A DNA stretch of 64,000 nucleotides from positions 191,270,001-191,334,000 of the forward strand of contig OZ024742.1 of the NCBI GenBank assembly GCA_964016885.1, given 5' to 3'. The notes beneath the pieces are model-generated. The model ran no database searches, was not told the origin of the DNA, and saw only the letters and a list, made by a program, of their open reading frames with translations. The translations under genes and the position numbers were made by a program. The stretch comes from Eledone cirrhosa. Its lineage: Eukaryota. Below, piece by piece: positions 26,638 through 38,378 of this stretch. Every line of letters begins with the position of its first letter. Position 1 is the first letter of the stretch.

Positions 26638-26953
26638 CACTCTCATACGGATGTTCCCCACGTCTACACTCTTTCAACAAAGAACTCATGTCAGTATGAA
26701 CATGTTCATAGGTAAAAAGTAAAAAAAATATTATGAGACAACGTTAGAAAAAATATATGTATATTAGCGCGTAAATAAATGTTGTCTGAAAGTTTTGACC
26801 TGGCTGATAGAAAATCATATATTTTAGTATTACACACCCATACTTTTATATACGTCAATGATTGCGGAGAGGAAACACACTCATACACATATATAGATCT
26901 ATATTCGTACACAAACACTAGTATACATAGATACATGCATACATGTATATATG

Positions 26954-27041
<88 letters not shown>

Positions 27042-27068
27042 TAGGTATATATGTATATATATATATAT

Positions 27069-27130
<62 letters not shown>

Positions 27131-27137
27131 GTATATA

Positions 27138-27173
<36 letters not shown>

Positions 27174-27236
27174 CATATATACATAGATACATGCATACAT
27201 GTATGTATATATATATATATATGTTTATACATATAT

Positions 27237-27285
<49 letters not shown>

Positions 27286-27288
27286 CAC

Positions 27289-27319
<31 letters not shown>

Positions 27320-27340
27320 AATATACATATATACATATAC

Positions 27341-27371
<31 letters not shown>

Positions 27372-27380
27372 CATATACAC

Positions 27381-27462
<82 letters not shown>

Positions 27463-27466
<4 letters not shown>

Positions 27467-27778
27467 GTAGCTATGGTGCTTCCATAGGCGGTATGCCAAA
27501 ATTACCACTCAATATTCAGCAGAGTAGAGTGTAGATAGTATAAAGAAAACGAAATATCAGTGATACCACTGGACACAATTTATTGCGTGTTACATTTGTT
27601 TCTTCCGGGAGGTAGCTGAACACATGGTTCCTGTATGGATCTGGTTGATTCTACGGCTGCAGGTTTCTTTAGACACGGGTAATTCGTCGGAGAAAAATGT
27701 TATCACTAAAATTTGCTCCGAACGAATTACGAAATTGAGTTCAGATGCATCACTGATTTTTCGTTTCCTTTATACTAT
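27463..27778. repeat. Island in (TA)n with ~30-bp imperfect inverted repeats (27533-27563 / 27748-27778), an internal hairpin and a one-sided extension
   Basis: atagtataaagaaaacgaaatatcagtgat mirrored; gtaattcg..cggag / ctccg..cgaattac hairpin. Confidence 0.55.
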
Positions 27779-27797
27779 ATATATGTATATATATATA

Positions 27798-28284
27798 TGA
27801 AAATAAACGTGCTGCGGCGTTGCTAATGGGTTACATATGAATAAAGTTAGTCCCTCATCAGTGATCTTCCAACCATCATTGGTATTTCATCGCTTTAAAG
27901 ACCATATACCTCCGGTTGGTGCGAGCAACGGCTAAAAAAAGTCGTTGGGACACGTACATAAAGGGGACAAGAGTGTAAACAACAAAAATGGTGGGCAACG
28001 AAAAGTGAGGAAGAAGAAGTCATGTCCCAAATTTCTATGAATTTAAATTCGGTGAAATCGTGACGTTCACGATTTCACCGAATTTAAATTCATAGAAATT
28101 TGGGACATGACTTCTTCTTCCTCACTTTTCGTTGCCCACCATTTTTGTTGTTTACACTCTTGTCCCCTTTATGTACGTGTCCCAACGACTTTTTTTAGCC
28201 GTTACTCGCACCAACCGGAGGTATATGGTCTTTAAAGCGATGAAATACCAATGATGGTTGGAAGATCACTGATGAAGGACTAAC

Positions 28285-28290
<6 letters not shown>
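27798..28290. repeat. Near-perfect 451-bp palindrome (27840-28290, loop cgt at 28064-28066) plus one-sided tail 27798-27839
   Basis: 224-bp arms with two visible mismatches; (TA)n on both sides. Confidence 0.92.
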
Positions 28291-28337
<47 letters not shown>

Positions 28338-28409
28338 GCGGGTGGGGGGTTGTGTGCATTTACTTTTAAATACATATATATGTGCATCTGTGTAAATATG
28401 TACACCGCC

Positions 28410-28690
28410 TTTTGAACAGTATCTGGTTTGCCAGTACTGTGGTCGAGTCAGTACGTGCAAAGCTGGTTTGATTAGACATGAACGAAGTCATATCAGTGTA
28501 CCTCATGTACATTATGATCTGAAAATGTATATAGAATGTGACAAGGAATGTTCAAGGATAGAAGGTCTTACAAGACATATGAGAACGCACACTCAGGATC
28601 AAGCAGTGGGAACTCCCAGTGGAGGCTACAGTTGCCATGTGTGTGCCAGAAATGCAAGTTTTTAGGTGGTTTAAAGAGCCACATTCATGC
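28410..28690 (+). pseudogene. Three decayed C2H2 zinc fingers, probably the C-terminus of an RTE-type LINE
   Basis: CQYCGRVSTCKAGLIRHERSH; ECDKECSRIEGLTRHMRTH; CHVCAR/(frameshift)KFLGGLKSH; no TGEKP linkers. Confidence 0.6.
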
Positions 28691-28750
28691 CTCGCATCTT
28701 TGAGCATTTTATCCGACGATGGCAATGCTTGAACACGAGTTTGCAGCCAT

Positions 28751-28807
<57 letters not shown>

Positions 28808-28852
28808 AAGGTGTATACTTTCGGGCGTTCAACCGTCTGGCAGGGGAGTATA

Positions 28853-28893
28853 CGTTGCTGACGATGGCTAATAAGCTTGAAACTAGTACAGCG
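28853..28893 (+). ncRNA. Intact minimal type-I hammerhead motif (21570 family)
   Basis: cgttg-CTGACGA-T-GGCT-AATA-AGCT-T-GAAA-CTAG-TA-cagcg; stems still pair despite substitutions. Confidence 0.85.
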
Positions 28894-29039
28894 TTCCTTT
28901 TTCAGTGTTGAAGAAATGAGCAACGATGGTTGCTGGACACTGCAGGGCTTAATTCGGGATGTTTGTTTACAAACACAGCGAGCATTATAATAAATTTTCG
29001 GTGAATCCATACGTACATATAAATATGTGGGCATGTATG

Positions 29040-29094
<55 letters not shown>

Positions 29095-29099
<5 letters not shown>

Positions 29100-29519
29100 A
29101 AATTGAGGTTGGTAATGGCACATGGAATATATAAGAGACAGAATACTTTTTTGTGAAAAAACATAATTTTATAAGGTAAGGAAATAATAAAGGGTATAAA
29201 AAATGACCGGTTTCGATGGGTCTGCAAAAGCCATCTTTTCAAATGTTGATTAATATTAAGAAAAATTAATAATACGAAGAGTTAAAATTTGAGACTTGAA
29301 AATTCAAGTATAAAATTCATTGTGGGATTTCATAGCAGTTTTCATCTAGGTAGCAACAACAGGTTGACTGCTGTGTCCCTTTCTGGTAGTGAATGAGAAG
29401 TTATTTGGGGTGTGGGTTATTTTATAAAGGTCAGATTTAGCAATAGCCAGCTGCTGGTCAGTGAGGGGGTGGAAGCAATATACACACACATACCTTCATC
29501 CACACATACATACACATAC

Positions 29520-29558
<39 letters not shown>

Positions 29559-29627
29559 CACACATACATACACACACACATACATATACATACACACATA
29601 CACACACACACACATATATATACACAT

Positions 29628-29680
<53 letters not shown>

Positions 29681-29786
29681 AACACATATATATACATACA
29701 CATACATCCAGATATGTGTGTGTGTGTGTGTATGTTTGTATGTGTGTATGTATATATATATATGTGTGTGTGTATGTATGTGTGGG

Positions 29787-29885
<99 letters not shown>

Positions 29886-29916
29886 GTGTATCTGGATGTA
29901 TGTGTATGTATATATA

Positions 29917-29975
<59 letters not shown>

Positions 29976-30044
29976 ATGTGTATATATATGTGTGTGTGTG
30001 TGTATGTGTGTATGTATATGTATGTGTGTGTGTATGTATGTGTG

Positions 30045-30083
<39 letters not shown>

Positions 30084-30508
30084 GTATGTGTATGTATGTG
30101 TGGATGAAGGTATGTGTGTGTATATTGCTTCCACCCCCTCACTGACCAGCAGCTGGCTATTGCTAAATCTGACCTTTATAAAATAACCCACACCCCAAAT
30201 AACTTCTCATTCACTACCAGAAAGGGACACAGCAGTCAACCTGTTGTTGCTACCTAGATGAAAACTGCTATGAAATCCCACAATGAATTTTATACTTGAA
30301 TTTTCAAGTCTCAAATTTTAACTCTTCGTATTATTAATTTTTCTTAATATTAATCAACATTTGAAAAGATGGCTTTTGCAGACCCATCGAAACCGGTCAT
30401 TTTTTATACCCTTTATTATTTCCTTACCTTATAAAATTATGTTTTTTCACAAAAAAGTATTCTGTCTCTTATATATTCCATGTGCCATTACCAACCTCAA
30501 TTTTCTCT
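29095..30508. repeat. 1.4-kb near-perfect inverted repeat (620-bp arms 29095-29714 / 29889-30508)
   Basis: Outer and inner coordinates are exactly symmetric, so the microsatellite lengths match between arms; one mismatch seen. Confidence 0.92.
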
Positions 30509-30539
30509 ATAACCTTCGTTTTGTGTAGAAAATTACACT

Positions 30540-30592
<53 letters not shown>

Positions 30593-30953
30593 TATATACA
30601 TACTACTGTACGTCTGTATACATATATGTATGCACGTATACATACTTATATTTAAGTAACAGCCATACTAAGAGTGAGAAATGAAATCTCGTTTCATTTT
30701 TTCCGTTTATATATATATATATATATATATATAAGAATTAAAATACTAGAGTGTGTTGGAGTTAAACACCCTCTTCATATTATAGAAATGACAGCATAAG
30801 ATATAGCTCAATGTAATTAAACAGAGCCGAAGAATTATAAGAAATAAACCAAAGAAGCCTTCAATACATAAAAAGTCTTTATTAGCCAACAATGTTTCGT
30901 CCTATTAAAGACTCATCAGAGCAAGTAAAGCTACAAGAAGGTACAAGAAGGTT

Positions 30954-31955
30954 TTGGCTACAAGAAGGTACAAAAAGGTACAAGAGGCTACAAGAAGGTA
31001 CAAGAAGTTACAAGAAGCTACAAGAAGGCTACAAGAAGGTACAAGAAGCTACAAGAATGTTTTGGCTGCTTCTAATAATGTTGTTTCAACTAGTCCTCGT
31101 AGTAACCCTGATCCTATTAGTGGGATACCGGATAACGGTAGAGTTGGTAAGGATAGAAATAGGAGGAGACTCAATACTTATTTTAACCCGCCTTATGATC
31201 ATGAAGTATTAACTAACATCCCTATGTCTTTCTTTTCTATCTTAGAGAAAAATTTCCCTCCTTCTAATAAATACCATGGTATTTTTAATAAAACTGTAAT
31301 TAAACTATCATTCTCAACCACCCCTAATATTAGTTCTCATTTAGCTAGCACTAACAATAGGAAAATTAGGGACAGCTACTCTTCTTTGCGTACTACTAGT
31401 CTTGATAGATCCATTAATGCCTTACCACCTGAGCAGACCTTATCTTATAATAACCCTAGGAGTGATGCATCACACATTCAGCCGGTCAATAGCACCCAGA
31501 AGTGTAACTGTAGAGTATGTATTAACTGCCCTTTAAATGGTCACTGCCTCTCTAGGAACATTGTTTATTCTTGTGAAGTTAAGACTAATTCTTCTAATAG
31601 CACATATATAGGCTCCACATCTAATACTTTTAAAACTAGGTTTAATTCTCATATCTCTAATTTTAAGCATGTTAAGTTTAAGAACTCTACTTCTTTAGCA
31701 CACCATATCTGGGATCTTAAAGGGGCTGGTATGCCATATAGCCTTAATTGGCGTATAGTAGCACGCTCTAATAACCTATCAACACACACTAAATTCTGTA
31801 ATCTCTGTATCCTAGAGACCCACTCTATAATTTTCTCTAGGGAAGTTTTGCTTAATAGAAAGTCTGAGATATTTTCTTCCTGCCCCCATGCCATTTCTAA
31901 TTCTTTCTTCTATTATAGACCTAAAAGTTCTGGTAGTTTAAATCGTATCCATTAG
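30954..31955 (+). CDS. Open frame covering PLE linker and GIY-YIG endonuclease (5'-truncated, N-terminus formed by junction repeats)
   Basis: YFNPPY, KLSFSTTPNI, CNCRVCINCPLNGHC, IVYSC..YIGSTSNTFKTRFNSH, CNLCILE, LLNRKSE, CPH; no internal stops; no RT core. Confidence 0.75.
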   Translation: MATRRYKKVQEATRRYKKLQEATRRLQEGTRSYKNVLAASNNVVSTSPRSNPDPISGIPDNGRVGKDRNRRRLNTYFNPPYDHEVLTNIPMSFFSILEKNFPPSNKYHGIFNKTVIKLSFSTTPNISSHLASTNNRKIRDSYSSLRTTSLDRSINALPPEQTLSYNNPRSDASHIQPVNSTQKCNCRVCINCPLNGHCLSRNIVYSCEVKTNSSNSTYIGSTSNTFKTRFNSHISNFKHVKFKNSTSLAHHIWDLKGAGMPYSLNWRIVARSNNLSTHTKFCNLCILETHSIIFSREVLLNRKSEIFSSCPHAISNSFFYYRPKSSGSLNRIH

Positions 31956-33585
31956 CTGCTATATTTCCTTATCTTTTTTGTTTAGGTTCATTTTGATTAC
32001 CATCATCATTATTATTATTAGTTTTTTACAGCTTTGCGATTTTAGTTTCCATAGTCTTTTGGCTACCATACCCTATCTATCTTCTTAAGCATTATTATAG
32101 TTTCACTACTAACACCTTATGAGTTTATATCTTATTAAATAATTTGTTTGGGGTCTCATTCAACTAATGAACCTCCTCCTCTACACACTTAATATCCGCC
32201 CCCTCTATTATACTATATATAAATTTCACATCTATGCTCCTTTTTATGATATTATATAATCTATTGATTTTACTTGTATGCTCCTTCCTATCCTCCATAA
32301 CCTCTCTTCTTTCTGCTCCCATTGGTCTACCATAGTTCTATTTAGAGTCCTTTTATTTGATAACGTTATTAGACTGAACGGAGCGTATTTTACTCTATTC
32401 TTGATAATTTTATTGAGATATCTTAAACTTATACGATTTTGATGACTTAAACACTAGCCAATTTTGAAGTGACTAAATATGTATTTTAAATACTTTTAAT
32501 ATTAATTAATTTAAAAAGGTTTTCTAGTCAATTCTCCGGTTTACATTTCTATCTTTTTTTCTTTTACTTAACCGCTTGTGACACCTAAGTAAATATACTT
32601 GTTTTTGTTTTTCGATCTTCGGTTTATTTTATTTATTTTTTTACTACCACACGCTGTCTATCTGATCCATGTAATTTCATTAATATATGTCTGTGTATGT
32701 CAACCACGTAACTATATATATTAAGCATTTCCTTAGACTCTGTTTGCTATTTGATATTAACGTTGTTATATCATATCATTTTTATCTAATCGTATTATAG
32801 ATTTTAATATATGTCTGTTATTTGAGGTACTGTTCTGTTATATTTTTTAATATTTTGTGATATTTTGGTAATATTTATGCCAATGTAAAATGACTTGACC
32901 TCCGTGTATTTGTTACAATGGTATAGATATTTTTTCAACACAATTTTTTCAACACAATTTAGTTCTATATGATTTTTTTTTCTTACCCTGTGTAAAACTT
33001 TATACTATTTGTTAACCTTGAATTATATGTATGATGTAATTTTGTATATTTTTTGATGCCAATATATTATAATATTGTTATTATAATGTTATTATAATGT
33101 TTTTATATTGTTCATGCACACTGACAGGGAATTATATATTATATTTTATTTTTATTTTTATCTTTATTATTATTTTTATCTTTATTATATTATACTGTAA
33201 ACAATATATATATATATATATTTAAATACTTAATAAGTGTTAGTTTGTGTTTGTACTAATGTGTATATGTATAGATATATATATATACATATATTAAGCT
33301 TTTTATTATCACTATATATTATATTATATTCTATATCGTACTGTAATTCTCGCATTATATTACCATTTGTGTTTCAAGTTTTTGCATTATACAATATTTG
33401 CAATGTGGTTTCAATATGTTAATCACTTCCTTGCTATTTGGTCTATATCTATGTTTGTAACTGCTCACTCTTAATCTTAGCCAACTTTTCCTTGATATCT
33501 TTCCTAAGCTTTAATAGATGTATACTCCATATTCTTCTGAGTTTTTGGCTTGTATTGGCCGATAGTGCTTCTTGTAGCTTTACGT

Positions 33586-33623
33586 ACCCTGATGAGTCCT
33601 TAATAGGACGAAACATTGTTGGC
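33586..33623 (+). ncRNA. Minimal hammerhead motif; mirror copy at 30885-30922 on the minus strand
   Basis: cc-CTGATGA-GTCCT-TAAT-AGGAC-GAAAC-ATT-GTT-gg. Confidence 0.8.
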
Positions 33624-33689
33624 TAATAAAGATGTATTGAAGGCTTCTTTGGTTTATTTTTATAATATATATATATATATATATATTTA

Positions 33690-34565
33690 CATATCTGACT
33701 AATGCTAACTTTCTTGATATAAAACTTCATTTACTTACCGCTTCGTTTAAGCCATATCGTAACCATAGTTTTTAAAAAAACCTTATCCTGAGTATTTGTC
33801 GTAGGATATCAACACTCTCTTCCTCTGAAGAAATATTTAATAACGCAGAAATTTATAATAATAAGGCCCTTACAAATAGTGGTTTAAGAAATAATTAAAT
33901 ATATACATAATCCTACTAATACCATTAATCATAAAAATAGAAAAAGAAAAATAATTCATTACCAGTAAAATCAAATGTAGGCAGAAAGTTCCTCGATCTC
34001 TTAGATAAACATTTCCCCCAACAACATAGATATTATAAAATATTTAACACACATTTAGTCGAGATTAGCTATTCCTGTAGTGCTTCAATGAAATCCATGA
34101 TTACCAACGGGAAAATATACAGAGAAAATCCAGGATGTTTATGCAGGAATGCAGGAGAGTATCCTCAACGGGTCAAATGCAACATAAAATCTATTGTGTA
34201 TAAGGTAACATTGACACCTTTAAACAGCAACCAACCAGCTACCGGTGAGCGATATGTGGGTATGACTCAAGATAAATTTAAACAGAATTATTACCTACAT
34301 GTCGCTTCTTTCAGACATCCTGAAAAAAGAAAACCACGGCGCTAGGAGTGTTTGAGATGAAAGAACGTGGAATTCCTGGTGTAATAAATTGATCTATTTT
34401 CACCAATCAAAAGAATATGCAAAAAGTACAAGAAAATGTACTTGAAGCATAAGCGAGAAATATAGAATCCTACAGAACCTGAAATCTCCAAAGACTTGTC
34501 TCAACTTTAAAATTGTCATTTACAGAGGTTGCCTGCATATAAGATCACATCTGCTTTCCTGTTGA
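33690..34565 (+). pseudogene. Degenerate Hydra-clade-like PLE 3' part
   Basis: NFLDIKL, RRISTLSSSEEIFN, DKHFP, ISYSC, CLCRN, IVYKV..YVGMTQDKFKQ.Y..H. Confidence 0.75.
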
Positions 34566-35088
34566 AATAAAAATATCATAAATTTTTACACACAAACAAC
34601 CTGAGCTTATATTTAATATGATCACATACATTTACTTATGCATATAACACAAATAACACCCACATATTGAATATGATTACATACTTTTTGTTATACCTAT
34701 AATACACAGATAACACTCACACATTGATTATTTTGACTTCTTTCTTTCGCCATATGTACATCTAGGTAAGACTCTATAAGACACATCGAACATTCGTTCC
34801 TCCTTCACTCTAATGATGTATTTGACACTCATATATAAGTTCAAATATATTTAATTATACCTATAAAACTTCCGTATGATTTATATCCAATCTTACTTCA
34901 TCTCTTGTATTCTAATTATAACATCAAAAACTCCTTTTTTCTCTGCAAATATACTTAACATATTCATAGATATTTATGAATATTTTCGAGTGTTAATATA
35001 TTCATGTTTTCTATGTATGAACTTACGTGTGTATCTGTGTATATATGCAGTGAAGGCATTTTTGTACGTACTGTTTTATGTGTATATA

Positions 35089-36054
35089 CGAGGTGTGTCA
35101 GAAAAGTTCCAGGACTGATGTCACAAAAGATTTATTTCAAACCCAAACTTCACACTAAGAGTGTTCTCCTTCAAAGTAATGCCCCTGGAGTATGTAACTG
35201 TAATCTTAGCTCTCTGCAGCGAACAAACTTTTTTCTTCATAATTTCATATACATGTCCTCTGTTTCAGGTCGTCAAGCAATGAGCACAGAGCAACGAACA
35301 AACCTGTAGTTTCTGGTACGGTTGCGGAAAACTCCGTCAGAAGCACTGGGATTGCTGCAGCAAGTGTATGGAGATGAGACGATGTCACGCTCACGTGTTT
35401 TTGAGTGGTGCAAGAGGTTTAAAGAAGGACGCGAGGACGTGGAAGATGACCCCAGGAGCGTCAAGCAGATGGTGCGTAGCGATAGGCGGCTGACTGTTCG
35501 ACTGATGGCAAATGAGCTGGGCATGAATCGGGACAGCGTCTGGAAGATTCTCACTGAAGATTTGGACATGAGGAAAGTCTGCGCGAAGATGGTGCCAAAA
35601 CTGCTGAACGATGACCAGAAGGGTCGACGCATGCAAGTGTGCCAGAACATCCTCTAGTGTCTTGAAACCGAACCAGACTTCCTAGGGACAGTCATCACCG
35701 GTGTGCATATTTGTATTTTATGAGATCATCAGGACAGTTGGAAGGGCAACCTCCACATTTGCCAGGCTGAAGAAGTGGGTCTGGGAGAAGAGAACACTAA
35801 CCACAAACATGGATCTTCGAGTACAACCCGGAGGGGACTCATTTTGAAGACGACATCAAAAAGGCCGTGACGACGGAACTGCGGAGGATTCCGGAAGAAT
35901 CCTTCCAGGGTGCATGCAAGCGTGGCAGAAAAGGATGGAAAAGTGCATTAGACTCCAGGGAGATTACTTTGAAGGAGAAAACTCTTAGTGTGAAGTTTGG
36001 GTTTGAAATAAATCTTTTGTGACCACAGTTCTGGAACTTTTCTGACACACCTCG
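35089..36054 (+). mobile_element. Internally deleted mariner DNA transposon with ~100-bp imperfect TIRs, flanked by TA
   Basis: TA-CGAGGTGTGTCAGAAAAGTTCCAG ... CTGGAACTTTTCTGACACACCTCG-TA; transposase HTH VYGDETMSRSRVFEWCKRFKEGRE.VEDDPR, KVCAKMVPKLL, VITG; most of the catalytic domain is missing. Confidence 0.93.
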
Positions 36055-36109
36055 TATATGATTGTTTTTGTATACATATTACAAATCTTTTTTATGTATG
36101 TATATGTGT

Positions 36110-36178
<69 letters not shown>

Positions 36179-36206
36179 TGTGTGCATATTTGTATTGCAT
36201 GTATGC

Positions 36207-36256
<50 letters not shown>

Positions 36257-36344
36257 TTGTATGTGTGTCTGTGTGTGTGTGTGTGTGTCTGTGTGCGTGT
36301 GTGTGTGCGTGTGCGTGCGTGTATTTTATGTCTGTAGTTAATTA

Positions 36345-36960
36345 GTCTCTCATGGCAGAATGTGAAATCCAAAATTCGTCAGGTACTCATCAGAGAAATG
36401 CTGTTTGTGGATGACTCAGCATTCACAGCGCATTCTGATGAGCACCTGCAGCATCGCATGAACGAACTCTCGAGGGCCTACTTAGAATTTAGCCTGACCA
36501 TTACATTGAAGAAAATCAACGTACTGGGCTAACGTTTCAAGCAACCTTTTACCATTATCATCAAAAACAGTGAGCTGGACGTAGTCCATGAATTCATCTC
36601 ACTGGCCCCTAGATCTTCAGGACAGTTGGAAGGGCAACCTCCACATTTGCCAGGCTGACGAAGTGGGTCTGGGAGAAGAGAACACTAACCCCAAACACCA
36701 AGATTGGAAACGACGAGAAAAGGCCGCTATTGATCGCCCACTATGGAGCACAAGAAGATGGAGCAAGGTGAGGAGAAGCTTGTTCGAATAAAGAACAACA
36801 CAGTAGCACAGGGAAAGAGCATCTAAAAGTGTAGGCACTGTGTACAGAACTGCCACTCCCGTGTGGGCCTGTACAGCCACAGCAGGTACTTCACTGCCAT
36901 CAGCAGCTGACACCAGGCGCAAAACCATGGTCTTGTGGGACCAACGAATGCCAATGATAT
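36345..36960 (+). pseudogene. RTE/BovB-like LINE 3' fragment
   Basis: IREMLFVDDSAFTAHSDEHLQ, LTITLKKINV, terminal C..C.R.CHSRVGLYSH finger and short 3' UTR. Confidence 0.8.
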
Positions 36961-37194
36961 ATATATATATGCGTATCAGAGGTAACACTTGTAACGCGTT
37001 TTGAGAATTGATAACTTGATTAAAACTTTTATCCTCCTGTTTCACTTTTAAATGAAATGAAACACAAATTATTTCCTCATGATTTTCTTAATAATGCATA
37101 TGTTTTAATGATATACGATTCCAAAGATGTTTGATTATGACTATGCCATGGAATCATAATATAAACTTTTTTACACTCGTAATATAAAAAAAAG

Positions 37195-38378
37195 GTTTAT
37201 ACATGCTCGTGACCATGTTTCCAAGATACTTGAACATCTCTCTTGCTTCAGTAGAAATACATTCACATATAGTGTGCACTACGCAGACTTCGTTAAGATG
37301 ACGAGTATCTCAGATTTCACAGCACTAATTGTCAATCCAGCCATGCAGCACACAAACCTATCATGTGCAGGTCGATCACCTCCTGTCGAATTAAGTAATA
37401 CCATGTCTGCATATTCCGGCTGTTTGATTCTACACCTACCAGTCGTGATACCACTTCGAACCCGGCTGTGAATTTTAATCCTGTTCTTAAAAGTAATGTA
37501 CAATAGAGGTGATAATACACAACCTTGGCGGATTCCGATTCCCACATGGAATGGTTTAGATTTACCACCATTTATCGAAACATAAATTATCGGGCGTTCA
37601 TATAAAGACATCATGGAAACAAGAAGCTGCTCATCGAACCAATACTCCTGCAGAACCTTCCACGGCATGTCCCGCGGAAAGCGGTCATATGTCTTTCCCA
37701 GGTCAAACATCAAGAATGCATACTTTGGCAGCACTCCCACGATTACGCAAAGAGGATATTCGATCGGCTGTGATACGCCAGGAGTGAAAACACAATGTAA
37801 AAGCCAAATTCGCTATCTTCAATACGGCATTCGTGCCAACCCATAACTATGGTCATTAAACGTCCGTATTGACATACATTTTACGATTGAAAATACAAGC
37901 AGCCAAGTGGGGTCCCTCTGAAGCTCCTTTGGACTAACGTTACTCGATAAAGTGCATAGCTCCGATATCAACGATTCTCTTCAGTTAGAGCTAACACGCC
38001 TCCGAATCGAGAGATCACGGCTCCGATACAAACTATGGATATGTGGTTGGAATGTCTCAGGAAAGAATTAGTGGACAGACGATAAAGGCAAATCCAACTG
38101 GAAAGAGACCCAGGGTTACACCCAGAGGAAGATGATTAAATAACATCCATAAGATCTGCTTGTCCCCCTTGGGGATCAATTAGGATCCGGTGGAAGTGGT
38201 TGCCTCTGTGAGAACCTGTTGGAACAAGTATGTGAGGACTGCCCAAACGACCCTCTCAGGAAGAAGAAGAAGAAGAAGAAGAAGAAGAAGAAGAAGAAGA
38301 AGAAGAAGAAGAAGAAGAAGAAGAAGAAGAAGAAGAAGAAGAAGAAGAAGAAGAAGAAGAAGACTACTACTACTACTA
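37195..38378. pseudogene. RTE-clade LINE copy with 5' inversion: RT core on minus (37195-37760), C-terminus on plus (37780-38260), (GAA)n/(CTA)n tail
   Basis: FDLGKTYDR, GIRQGCVLSPLL, YAD and FKYLG on minus; VTLLDKVHSSDI, RIERSRLR, GKRPR..PR on plus. Confidence 0.75.

Larger units (their letters stand above)
30733..33666 (+). mobile_element. 5'-truncated Hydra-clade-like PLE (linker plus GIY-YIG, ~1.7-kb 3' UTR) with inverted 3' end at 30833-30940
   Basis: 30833-30940 mirrors 33568-33666; one-sided tail 30733-30832; flanked by (TA)n. Confidence 0.88.

Noticed and set aside
30930-31067. Repeat array as CRISPR or host telomere
   Set aside because: The 10-nt units have no unique spacers, the context is eukaryotic, and the unit is not TTAGGG-like. 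It is traceable to the element's own 3' region.
34430-34460. In-frame TGA in a PLE endonuclease as selenocysteine (Naiad-like)
   Set aside because: The TGA is not at a conserved Cys position, the copy is heavily decayed, the endonuclease is C-terminal, and no SECIS was recognised.
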